This document shows, piece by piece, positions 35,414-45,406 of a stretch of 64,000 bases of DNA. Origin of the DNA: Anaerolineae bacterium (GTDB lineage: Bacteria > Chloroflexota > Anaerolineae > B4-G1 > DUEL01); assembly GCA_036172315.1 (NCBI GenBank), contig JASFBC010000158.1, positions 2,045-66,044 on the forward strand. Reading direction: 5' to 3'. Each line of letters begins with the position of its first letter. The stretch's first letter is position 1. Below the pieces are notes generated by a model. The model saw only the letters and a list, made by a program, of their open reading frames with translations, was not told the DNA's origin and did no database searches. The translations under genes were made by a program, and so were the position numbers.

Positions 35414-36571
35414 ATGAGAATCGGAGTTCTGACGGGAGGGGGTGACGTCCCCGGGCTGAATCCATGCATCAAGGCGCTGGTTTACCGGGCCGTGGACGAA
35501 GGCCACGAAGTGGTTGGCATTCGTCGGGGATGGGCGGGACTCCTCTACTATAACCCTGATGACCCATCTCCCCAACCGGAGAACGTGATCCCGCTGGACA
35601 AAGCCATCGTCCGGACCATTGACCGGACCGGTGGCACGTTTCTCCATACATCCCGCACCAATCCCGGCCGGGTGGCGCCAGATAAGGCCCCGGCGTTCTT
35701 GAATCCGGAGCGGTTCCCGGTGGATAAAAACGGGAAGGTGGACTTCACTGCCCACGTCCTGCGGGTGCTGGAACACCTCAAGATAGACGTCCTGGTGCCC
35801 ATCGGCGGCGAGGACACCCTGGGATACGCGGCCCGAATCCATCGCGAGGGCTTCCCCATCGTTAGCATCCCCAAGACGATGGACAACGATGTCTTCGGCA
35901 CCGACTACTGCATCGGTTTCTCCACCGCCGTCACTCGCAGCGTCCGCTTCATCCACCAACTCCGCTCCACCGCCGGCTCCCACGAGCGCATCTGCGTGGT
36001 AGAACTCTTCGGCCGCCACTCCGGCGAGACCTCCCTGATCGCGGCCTATCTGGCCGGGGCCGACCGGGCCATTATCTCAGAAGTCCCCTTTGACATAGAG
36101 AAACTGGCCCGCCTGCTAATTAAGGACAAGTACGAGAACCCCAGTCGCTATGCCATTCTGACCATCTCGGAAGGCGCCCGCGAAATCGGGAAAGAGGTCA
36201 TCCAGTCCGGCGTCCCCGACCCCTACGGCCACAAGAAACTGGGCGGCATCGGCGCTGTGACCGCCAAGCGGCTGGAACAGATTACCGGCGAGGGGACGAT
36301 GTGTCAGGAACTGGCTTACCTGATGCGCTCCGGCGAACCCGACGCGCTGGACATTATGGTCGCCGTCAACTTTGCCAATACCGCGATGGACCTGATCCAG
36401 GAGAAGAAATTCGGCCGGATGGTGGCCCTTCGGGAAGGGCGATACACCGATGTGGACGCCGAGTCGCCAACGCTGGGGGTCAAGCACGTAGATGTGCGGG
36501 CGCTATATGATATAGAGGAGTACCGTCCCAAAGTGATGCACGTCCACGGGAAGCCGATGTTCCTGTATTAA
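35414..36571 (+). CDS. 6-phosphofructokinase, group III type, predicted PPi-dependent
   Basis: [13 protein letters not shown]; PIGGEDTLG (Asp at the E. coli-104 equivalent); IPKTMDNDV (Lys at the 124 equivalent). ATG 35414 after GGAGGA is preferred. Confidence 0.8.
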   Translation: MRIGVLTGGGDVPGLNPCIKALVYRAVDEGHEVVGIRRGWAGLLYYNPDDPSPQPENVIPLDKAIVRTIDRTGGTFLHTSRTNPGRVAPDKAPAFLNPERFPVDKNGKVDFTAHVLRVLEHLKIDVLVPIGGEDTLGYAARIHREGFPIVSIPKTMDNDVFGTDYCIGFSTAVTRSVRFIHQLRSTAGSHERICVVELFGRHSGETSLIAAYLAGADRAIISEVPFDIEKLARLLIKDKYENPSRYAILTISEGAREIGKEVIQSGVPDPYGHKKLGGIGAVTAKRLEQITGEGTMCQELAYLMRSGEPDALDIMVAVNFANTAMDLIQEKKFGRMVALREGRYTDVDAESPTLGVKHVDVRALYDIEEYRPKVMHVHGKPMFLY

Positions 36572-36582
36572 CAGGAGGGGGG

Positions 36583-37554
36583 ATGAAGCGAATAGCAGTC
36601 CTGACCAGCGGCGGTGATGGGCCGGGACTGAACCCCTGTATCCGTGCTGTGACCCGAATGGCCATCCATCTGGGGGCGGAGGTGGTCGGGGTCCGACGGG
36701 GGTACCTGGGCCTGATCAACGGCGAGGTAGTGGAGCTGGACCGGCGGGCTGTCGGGGGAATTATGGGCTACGGCGGCACCTTTCTGGGCACTGCCCGCTG
36801 CCCGGAGTTCCAGACGGAGAAGGGGCGCCGGGAAGCGCTCCGCACCCTTAACCGGCTGGATATAGATGGCCTGGTGGTCATCGGCGGCAACGGCTCCCTC
36901 ACCGGCGCGCTGGAACTGCACCGCATGGGCTTCCCCGTCGTTGGCGTCCCCGCTACCATTGACAACGACGTCAACGGCACCGACATCGCCATCGGCGTGG
37001 ACACCGCGCTGAATACAATTCTGGACGCCATAGACCGCATCAAGGATACCGCCTCCTCCCATAACCGGGCTTTTCTGATTGAGACGATGGGGCGCAACTG
37101 CGGCTACCTGGCCCTGGCCGGTGGGGTGGCCGGCGGAGCTGAGTTGGTGCTCATTCCGGAAATGGAGACTCCAATGGAGGAAGTGGCGCGGGTCATCGGC
37201 GATGCGTATGTGCGGGGGAAAGCCCACTGTATCATCATCGTCGCTGAAGGATGGAAGCCGGGCACTCGCGCACTGGTGGATTATCTGAACAGCCGCCGGG
37301 AGGAACTGGGGTTTGAGATTCGCTTGACCGTCCTGGGCCACATCCAGCGGGGCGGGCGGCCGTCGGCCTTTGATCGGCTGCTGGCGACCCGCCTGGGCGC
37401 GGCCGCCGCTGAGGCACTGATCCGGGGGGAGCGGGGCGTGATGGTCGGGTGGCGCCACGACCGGGCCATCACCACACCGCTGGAAGAGGCGGTGGCCTTC
37501 GGCAAGGAGATCAATCTGGAACTCTGGAAACTGGCAGCGGTGATGGAAATGTAA
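36583..37554 (+). CDS. pfkA: ATP-dependent 6-phosphofructokinase
   Basis: AVLTSGGDGPGLN; IGGNGSL; VPATIDNDV; ETMGRNCGYLAL; LGHIQRGG. Confidence 0.9.
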   Translation: MKRIAVLTSGGDGPGLNPCIRAVTRMAIHLGAEVVGVRRGYLGLINGEVVELDRRAVGGIMGYGGTFLGTARCPEFQTEKGRREALRTLNRLDIDGLVVIGGNGSLTGALELHRMGFPVVGVPATIDNDVNGTDIAIGVDTALNTILDAIDRIKDTASSHNRAFLIETMGRNCGYLALAGGVAGGAELVLIPEMETPMEEVARVIGDAYVRGKAHCIIIVAEGWKPGTRALVDYLNSRREELGFEIRLTVLGHIQRGGRPSAFDRLLATRLGAAAAEALIRGERGVMVGWRHDRAITTPLEEAVAFGKEINLELWKLAAVMEM

Positions 37555-37576
37555 CGGCTCTCTGCTTCGGAACGAG

Positions 37577-37616
37577 ACGTGCCAGGCACTTCGGAAAGGG
37601 CCTGGCACGTTTTTTC
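37577..37616. terminator. Rho-independent terminator after pfkA (between convergent genes)
   Basis: ACGTGCCAGG-N14-CCTGGCACGT (10-bp perfect stem) running into a run of six T. Confidence 0.8.
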
Positions 37617-38859
37617 AACCGCCATTCAGGGCCGCCGTCAGGTCGGCGCCGCAGGCCACCGGAACGACCGGCACCCGCAGCGCCATCGCCAGTTCCTCCG
37701 TCCCGGGCGGGCCGCCGAAAGTGGCGGCGTCCAGCAAAACCACTACCGGGCGCAACCCCCGGCGGACCAACTGGTCTGTCGCCACCGCGACCTCCCGCCG
37801 GGTAGAGGGGGTAATCAGGATCACGGTACTCCCGCGCGGGAGATGGCGGGCCTGGACGCCCAGAAGCGCCGAAAGAGGGAGGTCGCCGTCGGCCCGGACC
37901 AGGGCCAGCGCCTCCAGCATCTTCCGCAGTTGCCGCCCGCCCCGGTCCGGAGGGAGGACGGTCAGCCCGGCCCCTTGGCAGACCAGCCCCACGGCCCGCC
38001 CCCGGCGCAGGAAGTACTGCCCCAGCGAGGCGGCGACGGTCACCGCGTACTCCTCGGTGGAGGGTGGCAGGGTGACCGATCCGAAAGGCCGCCAGAGGAA
38101 TTCGTCTGGTGGAGCGGTCGGGACAGAGGGGAGGGTATGATGGACGGCGCGCTCGGCGTCCACGAAAATCCAGACCTCCGCCAGAGGGTCCAGTTCAAAC
38201 TCTTTGACGATGAGGCGGTCCCGCCGGGCCGTGCTGGGCCAGTGGATGCGGTTCAGGGGGTCGCCGGGGGCGTATTCCCGCACTCCGGCGGCGTTGGGGG
38301 TGATCTGATGGGTCCGGCGGCGAAGCGCCTCGCCGCCGGGCAGGAGCCCCGGCGGCGAGGGGAATGTGCGGACGTCCACTGTCATCGGGTAGACGACCAG
38401 GGTGGCCGTGGGGGGAAACTCTCGGCGGACCAGGAAGAGGCCGAAGGGGTCGCCGGAGCGAATTTCGGTGGGGCCCAGGGGGAAGACACCCCGGGAGGTC
38501 AAACGGGTGCGGGCCAGGTAGCGGTACCGCTGATGAGGGCCGATCATAGAGAGCACCCGCGAGCCCCGGGAGTGGGGAAGGGGAGAGCGGTCGCGCACCT
38601 CCAGCCACAGTCGGGTCCAGCGGCCGGGGTTGACGATTTCAAACCGTTCCTCAAAGACCTGGCCCATCTGGGCGCGCAGGGTGCGGGCCTGACGCTGTAG
38701 TTTCACCCCGCGCAGCACCAGCGCCGACCATATCCGGCCGACCAGCAGGATGAGGGCCCAAAGATAAGCCAGGTGGGCGTAGAGAGGGTTGCCGGTGAGG
38801 GCCAGGGCGATGACGCTGGCCGCAAAGAGCCCCAGGATGAGCCAGAATGAGGAAGTCAC
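37615..38859 (-). CDS. DUF58-domain protein (MoxR-associated, vWA-like)
   Basis: Two N-terminal TM helices and the family motif GVREYAPGDPLNRIHWPSTAR. Confidence 0.85.
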   Translation of the reverse strand: MTSSFWLILGLFAASVIALALTGNPLYAHLAYLWALILLVGRIWSALVLRGVKLQRQARTLRAQMGQVFEERFEIVNPGRWTRLWLEVRDRSPLPHSRGSRVLSMIGPHQRYRYLARTRLTSRGVFPLGPTEIRSGDPFGLFLVRREFPPTATLVVYPMTVDVRTFPSPPGLLPGGEALRRRTHQITPNAAGVREYAPGDPLNRIHWPSTARRDRLIVKEFELDPLAEVWIFVDAERAVHHTLPSVPTAPPDEFLWRPFGSVTLPPSTEEYAVTVAASLGQYFLRRGRAVGLVCQGAGLTVLPPDRGGRQLRKMLEALALVRADGDLPLSALLGVQARHLPRGSTVILITPSTRREVAVATDQLVRRGLRPVVVLLDAATFGGPPGTEELAMALRVPVVPVACGADLTAALNGG

Positions 38860-38879
38860 AGCCGATAGCCGATAAGCCG

Positions 38880-39839
<960 letters not shown>

Positions 39840-39930
39840 AAGAGAATCAAAAAAGGGGACGGCCTGCCCGCAGACCGCCCCCGTGATCGGCAAGGAGAAG
39901 TCTCATTGCCTTTTCTCAGCAACTTTCTCG

Positions 39931-40959
39931 CTATCGTTTGATAGTCCGCATACGGGGGTCTAGAGCATCCCGCAGAGCATCCCCGACCAGATTCCAGGCG
40001 AGGACAAATAGCACCAGAGTGAGACCAGGCCACACCACGATATACCAGTACTCCGCCAGACTGGAAATCCAGTTGCGGGCAAAACTTAACAGTTGTCCCC
40101 AGTCCGCATACCCAATTTCTACCCCGATTCCCAGGAAGGCCAGAGCGGCAAAACTCAGCACGTAGGAACCAATATCCATTGATGCTACCACCAGGGTAGG
40201 GAAAATCGCGTTCGGCACGATATGGCGGAACAAAATCCGATAGTCCCGAGCCCCAACTGCGCGGGCGGCCAGTATATATTCGCGCTCTTTAATAGAGAGA
40301 ATGTCGCCTCGGATCAGCCTCGCGTACCCCATCCAGCCGAACCCGATGAGAGCAATTATCGCCGGGTAGATGCTTTTGCCAAAACGGGGGACCAGGATGG
40401 TGGCCAAAATCAGCGCGGCCATCAGGAATGGTAAGGTCAAAAAGATATCCACGAGCCGCATCAGAATATTATCCACGATCCCGCCGTAATATGCGGCGAT
40501 AGAGCCCACGATGACACCAATGATCAGGGTAGCCATAGTAATCGCGATGCCCACCCGAAAAGCCGTTCGGGTGCCCCAGATGACCCCGTAAAAAATATCC
40601 CACTGGCCACTGGCTGTGCCCAAAATATGGATCCAGTGCTCTCTCTTCATCACAAACTTCCACCAGAAGGGGAGAGGGGGCGGATTGCGTTTCCATTCAG
40701 AACCCATCGGACGGGGGTCCGGGCTGAAACCATCCCTAGGGATCCGGTATGGGTCTCTAGGGTTAGTGGGCGGTGCTATCACAGGAGCGGCAATCGCCAC
40801 GATAGCAAATATCGCCAGAAGGATCAGACCCAGAATCGCGGTAGGCGTAGTGACGAGAGCCCGCAGGGCGCGATAATTATCCGGGCCCAACAGCCGTTCC
40901 AGCCTATTCAGTTCTCGCAGAGGTGGGAATTCAGAAGGATGAACAGACCGGTTTTGCAT
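39931..40959 (-). CDS. Peptide/nickel (Opp/Dpp-type) ABC transporter permease, OppC-like
   Basis: Polytopic, with the EAA-like loop ILAARAVGARDYRILFRHIVPNA. Confidence 0.9.
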   Translation of the reverse strand: MQNRSVHPSEFPPLRELNRLERLLGPDNYRALRALVTTPTAILGLILLAIFAIVAIAAPVIAPPTNPRDPYRIPRDGFSPDPRPMGSEWKRNPPPLPFWWKFVMKREHWIHILGTASGQWDIFYGVIWGTRTAFRVGIAITMATLIIGVIVGSIAAYYGGIVDNILMRLVDIFLTLPFLMAALILATILVPRFGKSIYPAIIALIGFGWMGYARLIRGDILSIKEREYILAARAVGARDYRILFRHIVPNAIFPTLVVASMDIGSYVLSFAALAFLGIGVEIGYADWGQLLSFARNWISSLAEYWYIVVWPGLTLVLFVLAWNLVGDALRDALDPRMRTIKR

Positions 40960-40969
40960 AGCGATCTCC

Positions 40970-42034
40970 TTATTCCAGCCGTACTCGGGGGTCTATCACT
41001 GCGTATAGAATATCCACAATCAGATTTGCCAAGATCAGGATTGTGCCGTTAAAAAGAGCGAACCCCAGGACTGTTACCACATCCAACTGAATAGCGGCCT
41101 GAGCAGCAGCGGAGCCGATGCCTGGATAATTAAAGACCGTTTCGGTAATCACCACGCCTCCCAGCAGACCAGCAACCATCAGCCCTGCCAGAGTCACAAC
41201 AGGGATCAGGGCATTGGGACGGGCGTGGCGATTGATGACCAGCCGCTCCGGCAGCCCTTTCGCCCGCGCTGTTCGGACGTAATCTTGCCCCAGGACTTCC
41301 AGCATAGAGGAACGGGTGACGCGCAGCAAAAGGGCCCAGTTTAGGTAGGAAAGGGTCATCACCGGTAGGATGAGATGCTTTAGCGCGTCCCAGAAGATGT
41401 CAAACCGCAGATTCAGCAGGGCGTCTATCGTGTACATATGGGTATACTGGTGGAACTGACCGGAGTTCACAATGGCCGATGCCCAATCCGATAGCCGGCC
41501 CGGGGGAAACCATCGCAACCTGGCATAGAAAATCATCAAGACCAGGAGGCCGAACACAAAAGTAGGGAAAGACCATCCGACAATGCTGAAAACGCGTGCC
41601 ACTTGATCAAAGAAACGGTTATGCCGCACTGCCGACTGGACTCCCAGCCAGATGCCTACGCCTATGATCGGCACAACGGCCCAAAGGGCCAGTTCTGCCG
41701 TTGCAGGGAAGCGCTGGGCGATCAGTTTGGCAACCGGCTGAGAACCCACGCGGGAATAACCCAGATCCCCTCTCAAAATGCCACCAACTCGCCCTCCGGT
41801 TACCGGGTCAATCCGGCCCACCAGCCAGTACCAGTACTGAACATAGATCGGCTTATCCAGCCCGTATCTCTTTATGATGCCCTCTACGGCCCCTTCGGTG
41901 TGAGGAATTTCCCGGACGTAGAGGGCCGAGCGCTCCACCGGGCTGAGAAATTGCAACATCCCAAAGATAATCACAGTAACGCCAAACAGCAAAAAGGGCA
42001 ACAATAGGAGCCGACGGATAATGTAGGTGGTCAT
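40970..42034 (-). CDS. Peptide/nickel (Opp/Dpp-type) ABC transporter permease, OppB-like
   Basis: MTTYIIRRLLLLPFLLFGVTVIIF..; YVRTARAKGLPERLVINRHARPNALIP. Confidence 0.9.
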   Translation of the reverse strand: MTTYIIRRLLLLPFLLFGVTVIIFGMLQFLSPVERSALYVREIPHTEGAVEGIIKRYGLDKPIYVQYWYWLVGRIDPVTGGRVGGILRGDLGYSRVGSQPVAKLIAQRFPATAELALWAVVPIIGVGIWLGVQSAVRHNRFFDQVARVFSIVGWSFPTFVFGLLVLMIFYARLRWFPPGRLSDWASAIVNSGQFHQYTHMYTIDALLNLRFDIFWDALKHLILPVMTLSYLNWALLLRVTRSSMLEVLGQDYVRTARAKGLPERLVINRHARPNALIPVVTLAGLMVAGLLGGVVITETVFNYPGIGSAAAQAAIQLDVVTVLGFALFNGTILILANLIVDILYAVIDPRVRLE

Positions 42035-42056
42035 CAGATCTCCTCAGCTTCGGAAA

Positions 42057-42088
42057 GGGGGGCAGAGGTGCTCGCCACCTCTGCCCCC
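42057..42088 (-). other. Intercistronic stem-loop between the binding-protein and permease genes
   Basis: GGGGGCAGAGGTG-ctcgc-CACCTCTGCCCCC (13-bp perfect stem), 20 nt after the binding-protein stop. Confidence 0.55.
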
Positions 42089-42107
42089 AAGAGTGAGCAG
42101 CGTTTAT

Positions 42108-44177
42108 TTACTTCTCGGAGAGGGCATAGAAGTACTGGCCTGGATAAATGGGGTTGTAGTACCACCCCTGTACCCAGCGCTGCTCGTAGCGGCGGCCCGT
42201 TGCCACAGCCAGGATGATGTGCGGAGTCAAGTCGTAAACTTTCTGATTGAGTTCCTTGTAGATGGCATCCCGCTTGGCCGGGTCTGTCTCCATCACGCCC
42301 TTATTGATCAATTCCTGGAACTCAGCAACCGCCTCTGCCGGTAGGCTCTGCCGGCGTCCGTAGGTGCCGGTCAGGTAGGGCACATACCAGTTGTGCGGAT
42401 CATGGATGTCCTCCAACCAGCCGCTGATGAAGAGGGGCAGAGTCCGGGCCCGCTGGTTGCGCAGGAACGTCGGCCAGGGCAGACCGACAATTTCCACCTG
42501 GAACTTGTCGTTGACCTGAGAGAGGTTGGAAGCCAAGATCTCGGCAACAGTCTGCCGGGTCACATTGCCCGTGTTGTAGGCCAGCTGCATCCGAAAGCCG
42601 ACGTTCCATACATCGTCCCCATCTTCGCCTGCCGGGATGCCGTCTTTATCCACATCGGCCAGTTTGAACTCCTCAGCGCATTTCTCCGGATCGTAGGAGT
42701 AATGCGGGCCCTGGGGATCATAGCCGATCATCCCTGGCAGGGTAAGCCCAGTAGACTGAACCCCCTCGCCGACCAGGGCATCCTGGATGAAGGTATCCCA
42801 ATCAAAGCAGTAGTTGAAGGCCCTGCGGATGTGGAGATCGGAGAAGAAGTCCGACGGGATGCCATTGCCATCCAATTTGCCGCTCCCGACGAACGGGTTC
42901 CCTCCCTCGGGCACGTTGATGCTGAAGTTAAAGAAGACGTCCGTCCGGGAGATGGTCGGGAAGCCGATGTAGAGGCGGAAGGGACCATCGCCCACGACTT
43001 CGCAGTCAAAGGCGATCTTCTCGCTGTTCCACACACACTTCTCTCCGACCAGCGGATCCACCTGGCCCACGTCCTGCCGGTTCACGGCCACCCAGTCCGC
43101 ATCGCCAGCCTGGAACATCGCAAAGCGGGTACCCCACTCGTCCACCTTCTTGATCACCACCCGCTCCAGTTTGGCCGGACCAGCCGGGCCACCCTCCCAG
43201 GCCGGCTCGGTGCGCCAGTAGTTCTCGTTGCGGACCAAGACGATTTCCTGACCCGGCGTCCAGTGATCCAGTTTGAAGGGCCCGGTACCGTTGGCGATGG
43301 GAGTGAAGGGGTCGTTCTCCGAGGCCATCCCATAGTAGTTCGCCCAGGTGTCGCAGGAGCCGTCCCAGCCACCCTTCTCAATCACCCATTCCTTGTCCAT
43401 AGCGGAACCCCAGGTCTGGGCGATGGTGGCCAGGAAGGGGCCCCACGGCTGGTTCAGGTGGAAGGTGACCGTGCCGGCAGCGTCATCAGCCACAATCCGG
43501 GCCTTCACTGCCTCGCAGACGCCCTTCAGGATAGCGGGATCCACGGCTTTCATCGCCTCAGTGTTGTCGTACAGTTCGCCAGGCGCAGCGGCCAGTTCTT
43601 CCCCAGAAATGCCATCTTGAATGGCCTCCACACCCAGTTGCTGCGCAACCTCCACCACAATGGCGATGTCGTCAACGCCGACCCCAAAGAAGGGTTCGCT
43701 CAACAGCCACTGGGGAGAGTGGGTACCGCCCTGCAGAAGCCCCCTCTGGAAGGAGTAGGCCACATCTTCGGGAGTCAGATCACCCCCCTCATGGAATTTG
43801 ACCCCCTTGCGGATCGTGAAGGTATAAGTCTTCCCGTCCTCGGAGATGGTCCACTCGGTCGCCAGTTGGGGGATGAACTCGTTGACGTTCCCCTTGTTGT
43901 AGAAGATGAGTGTCTCATAGATATTCTGCAGGATTTCGCCACCCGCCGTCTCGTAGGCCAGTGCGGGGTCCAGCGTCTCCGGTTCGCCGAAGGTCGCCAC
44001 CACATAGGTGGTGGGGTCCTTGGAGCTGGGGCGGCCCACCGGCGCCGGGGTCGCCGTTACCACGACCTTTTCGCCGGGGACGGTCACTACCACCGTTTGC
44101 ACCTGCGGCTTGCAGGAGGTGACCACCAGCGCGGCCAGCACGGCCACAATGGCCACGATAGACCACTTCTTGAACAT
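42108..44177 (-). CDS. ABC transporter substrate-binding lipoprotein, family 5 (peptide/nickel type)
   Basis: Signal with lipobox LVVTSC. About 690 aa with a family-5 pattern (..TFTIRKGVKFH.G..LT..DV.YS..). ATG 44177 after GAGGAGGAG is preferred. Confidence 0.85.
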   Translation of the reverse strand: MFKKWSIVAIVAVLAALVVTSCKPQVQTVVVTVPGEKVVVTATPAPVGRPSSKDPTTYVVATFGEPETLDPALAYETAGGEILQNIYETLIFYNKGNVNEFIPQLATEWTISEDGKTYTFTIRKGVKFHEGGDLTPEDVAYSFQRGLLQGGTHSPQWLLSEPFFGVGVDDIAIVVEVAQQLGVEAIQDGISGEELAAAPGELYDNTEAMKAVDPAILKGVCEAVKARIVADDAAGTVTFHLNQPWGPFLATIAQTWGSAMDKEWVIEKGGWDGSCDTWANYYGMASENDPFTPIANGTGPFKLDHWTPGQEIVLVRNENYWRTEPAWEGGPAGPAKLERVVIKKVDEWGTRFAMFQAGDADWVAVNRQDVGQVDPLVGEKCVWNSEKIAFDCEVVGDGPFRLYIGFPTISRTDVFFNFSINVPEGGNPFVGSGKLDGNGIPSDFFSDLHIRRAFNYCFDWDTFIQDALVGEGVQSTGLTLPGMIGYDPQGPHYSYDPEKCAEEFKLADVDKDGIPAGEDGDDVWNVGFRMQLAYNTGNVTRQTVAEILASNLSQVNDKFQVEIVGLPWPTFLRNQRARTLPLFISGWLEDIHDPHNWYVPYLTGTYGRRQSLPAEAVAEFQELINKGVMETDPAKRDAIYKELNQKVYDLTPHIILAVATGRRYEQRWVQGWYYNPIYPGQYFYALSEK

Positions 44178-44285
44178 CTTTCTCCTCCTCATCTGGATTT
44201 GGATTGGATGGTTAACACAAAGGGTTGGGAACATTTTCCGGCTTCACCGATAGGCATCACCTCCTTCCCGAGAAGAATCGGAGAA

Positions 44286-45314
44286 TCAGTGGTTCGCTTC
44301 GCCCAGATAGTGCTGGAGGGCCTCATCCCAGAAGAAGACCTGCCCGTCCTTCACCACGACCACTTTATCCCACTGAGCCTCCCGCTGGGCCTCTTCGTTC
44401 ACACCCAATCCGGCCGCCACCGGAATGGCCCGGAAGCCGGCCTTCCGGAGCAGGGCGGCCCGTCTTCCGGCCCGCTCCACATCCCCTTTATCCACCACAC
44501 TGGAAACTTCCACCGCCAGCCAGACCTCCGGCCGCTCCGGATGGTCCCGCAGACGGCCCCGAAGCAACAGGTCCAGCCGGAATGCGTCTCTCAGTTCTTC
44601 CCCCCTCAAATGGCTTTCCAGTTCCTGCTCTATTGTCCGCAGGGGGATGGCCTGGATGGCCCTCAGCAGGTGGCCGAAATAGGCATAGGGCTGTTCCCGA
44701 TATTTGATTTCCAGCAAATTGCCTTTGATTTCCCCTACAGTCCCATCCAGCCGCCGTTGGCCCTCCACCAGAGTCTGGGCCACTTCCGTCAAATCTTTAA
44801 GTTGGGCTGTATTGCGCTGGATGGCTTCCCAGATGGCCTGAATCTGGAAAGTGGTCTGCCGCTGGGCCTCCACCAGTTCCTGGACGGTGGCTTCCAGGCG
44901 GGAGAGGCGCTCCTCCACACCGGCCAGCCGCTCCTCGTGTCGCCGCTGGACCTCCACCAGTTCCTGGACGGTGGCTTCCAGGCGGGAGAGGCGCTCCTCC
45001 ACACCGGCCAGCCGCTCCTCGTGCCGCCACTGGGCCTCCACCAGTTCCTGGACGGTGGCTTCCAGGCGGGAGAGGCGCTCCTCCACACTGGCCAGCCGCT
45101 CCTCGTGTCGCCGTTGGACCTCCACCAGTTCCTGAATCTGGAAAGTGGTCTGCTGCTGGGCCTCTACCAGTTCCCGGACTGCCTCCGGCAGAGAGAGCAG
45201 GTCGGGAGTGAGCACCACCTGGCGGACGCGCGCCAGCCACTCCGGGCGCTCCTCTAATATCCGGATCAGGTCCTCCCAGGTGATTTCAGCGATGTCGGTT
45301 TCAGGCCCGGGCAT
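44286..45314 (-). CDS. Coiled-coil protein with 28-aa tandem repeats and a C-terminal restriction-endonuclease-like (PD-(D/E)XK-like) domain; function unknown
   Basis: ELVE[AV]Q[RW]RHEERLA[SG]VEERLSRLEATVQ occurs 3 times. The C-terminus reads ..DLLLRG..PEVWLAVEVSSVVDKGDVERAGRRAALLRKAGFRAIPVAAG... RBS is GAGGAG-N6-ATG at 45314. Confidence 0.6.
   Translation of the reverse strand: MPGPETDIAEITWEDLIRILEERPEWLARVRQVVLTPDLLSLPEAVRELVEAQQQTTFQIQELVEVQRRHEERLASVEERLSRLEATVQELVEAQWRHEERLAGVEERLSRLEATVQELVEVQRRHEERLAGVEERLSRLEATVQELVEAQRQTTFQIQAIWEAIQRNTAQLKDLTEVAQTLVEGQRRLDGTVGEIKGNLLEIKYREQPYAYFGHLLRAIQAIPLRTIEQELESHLRGEELRDAFRLDLLLRGRLRDHPERPEVWLAVEVSSVVDKGDVERAGRRAALLRKAGFRAIPVAAGLGVNEEAQREAQWDKVVVVKDGQVFFWDEALQHYLGEANH
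44870..45121 (-). repeat. 3 x 84-bp near-identical in-frame tandem repeat inside the coiled-coil gene
   Basis: Units start at 44870, 44954 and 45038 (CCACCAGTTCCTGGACGGTGGCTTCCAGGCGGGAGAGGCGCTCCTCCACAC..) and differ at only a few positions. They are flanked by a duplicated CTGAATCTGGAAAGTGGTCTGC[CT]GCTGGGCCT module. Confidence 0.95.
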
Positions 45315-45406
45315 CTTTAACTCCTCTATAGCACCATCCCCCACCGGCTGGAAGAGGCAGAGATACAGGCTGCCGGTGCGCTACCGGGCAGGCCTGGCGG
45401 CCTGTT

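Noticed and set aside
44870-45121. The 84-bp tandem array, considered as a non-coding satellite or CRISPR-like array.
   Set aside because: The period is a multiple of three. The array is in frame within a 343-aa ORF with a good RBS, and it encodes heptad-type coiled-coil sequence.
42393-45257. A 954-aa plus-strand ORF spanning the binding-protein gene and the coiled-coil gene.
   Set aside because: It is antisense to two well-supported minus-strand genes. Its translation has repeat-derived nonsense (HQFLDGGFQAGEALLHTGQPLL x3) and no family motifs.
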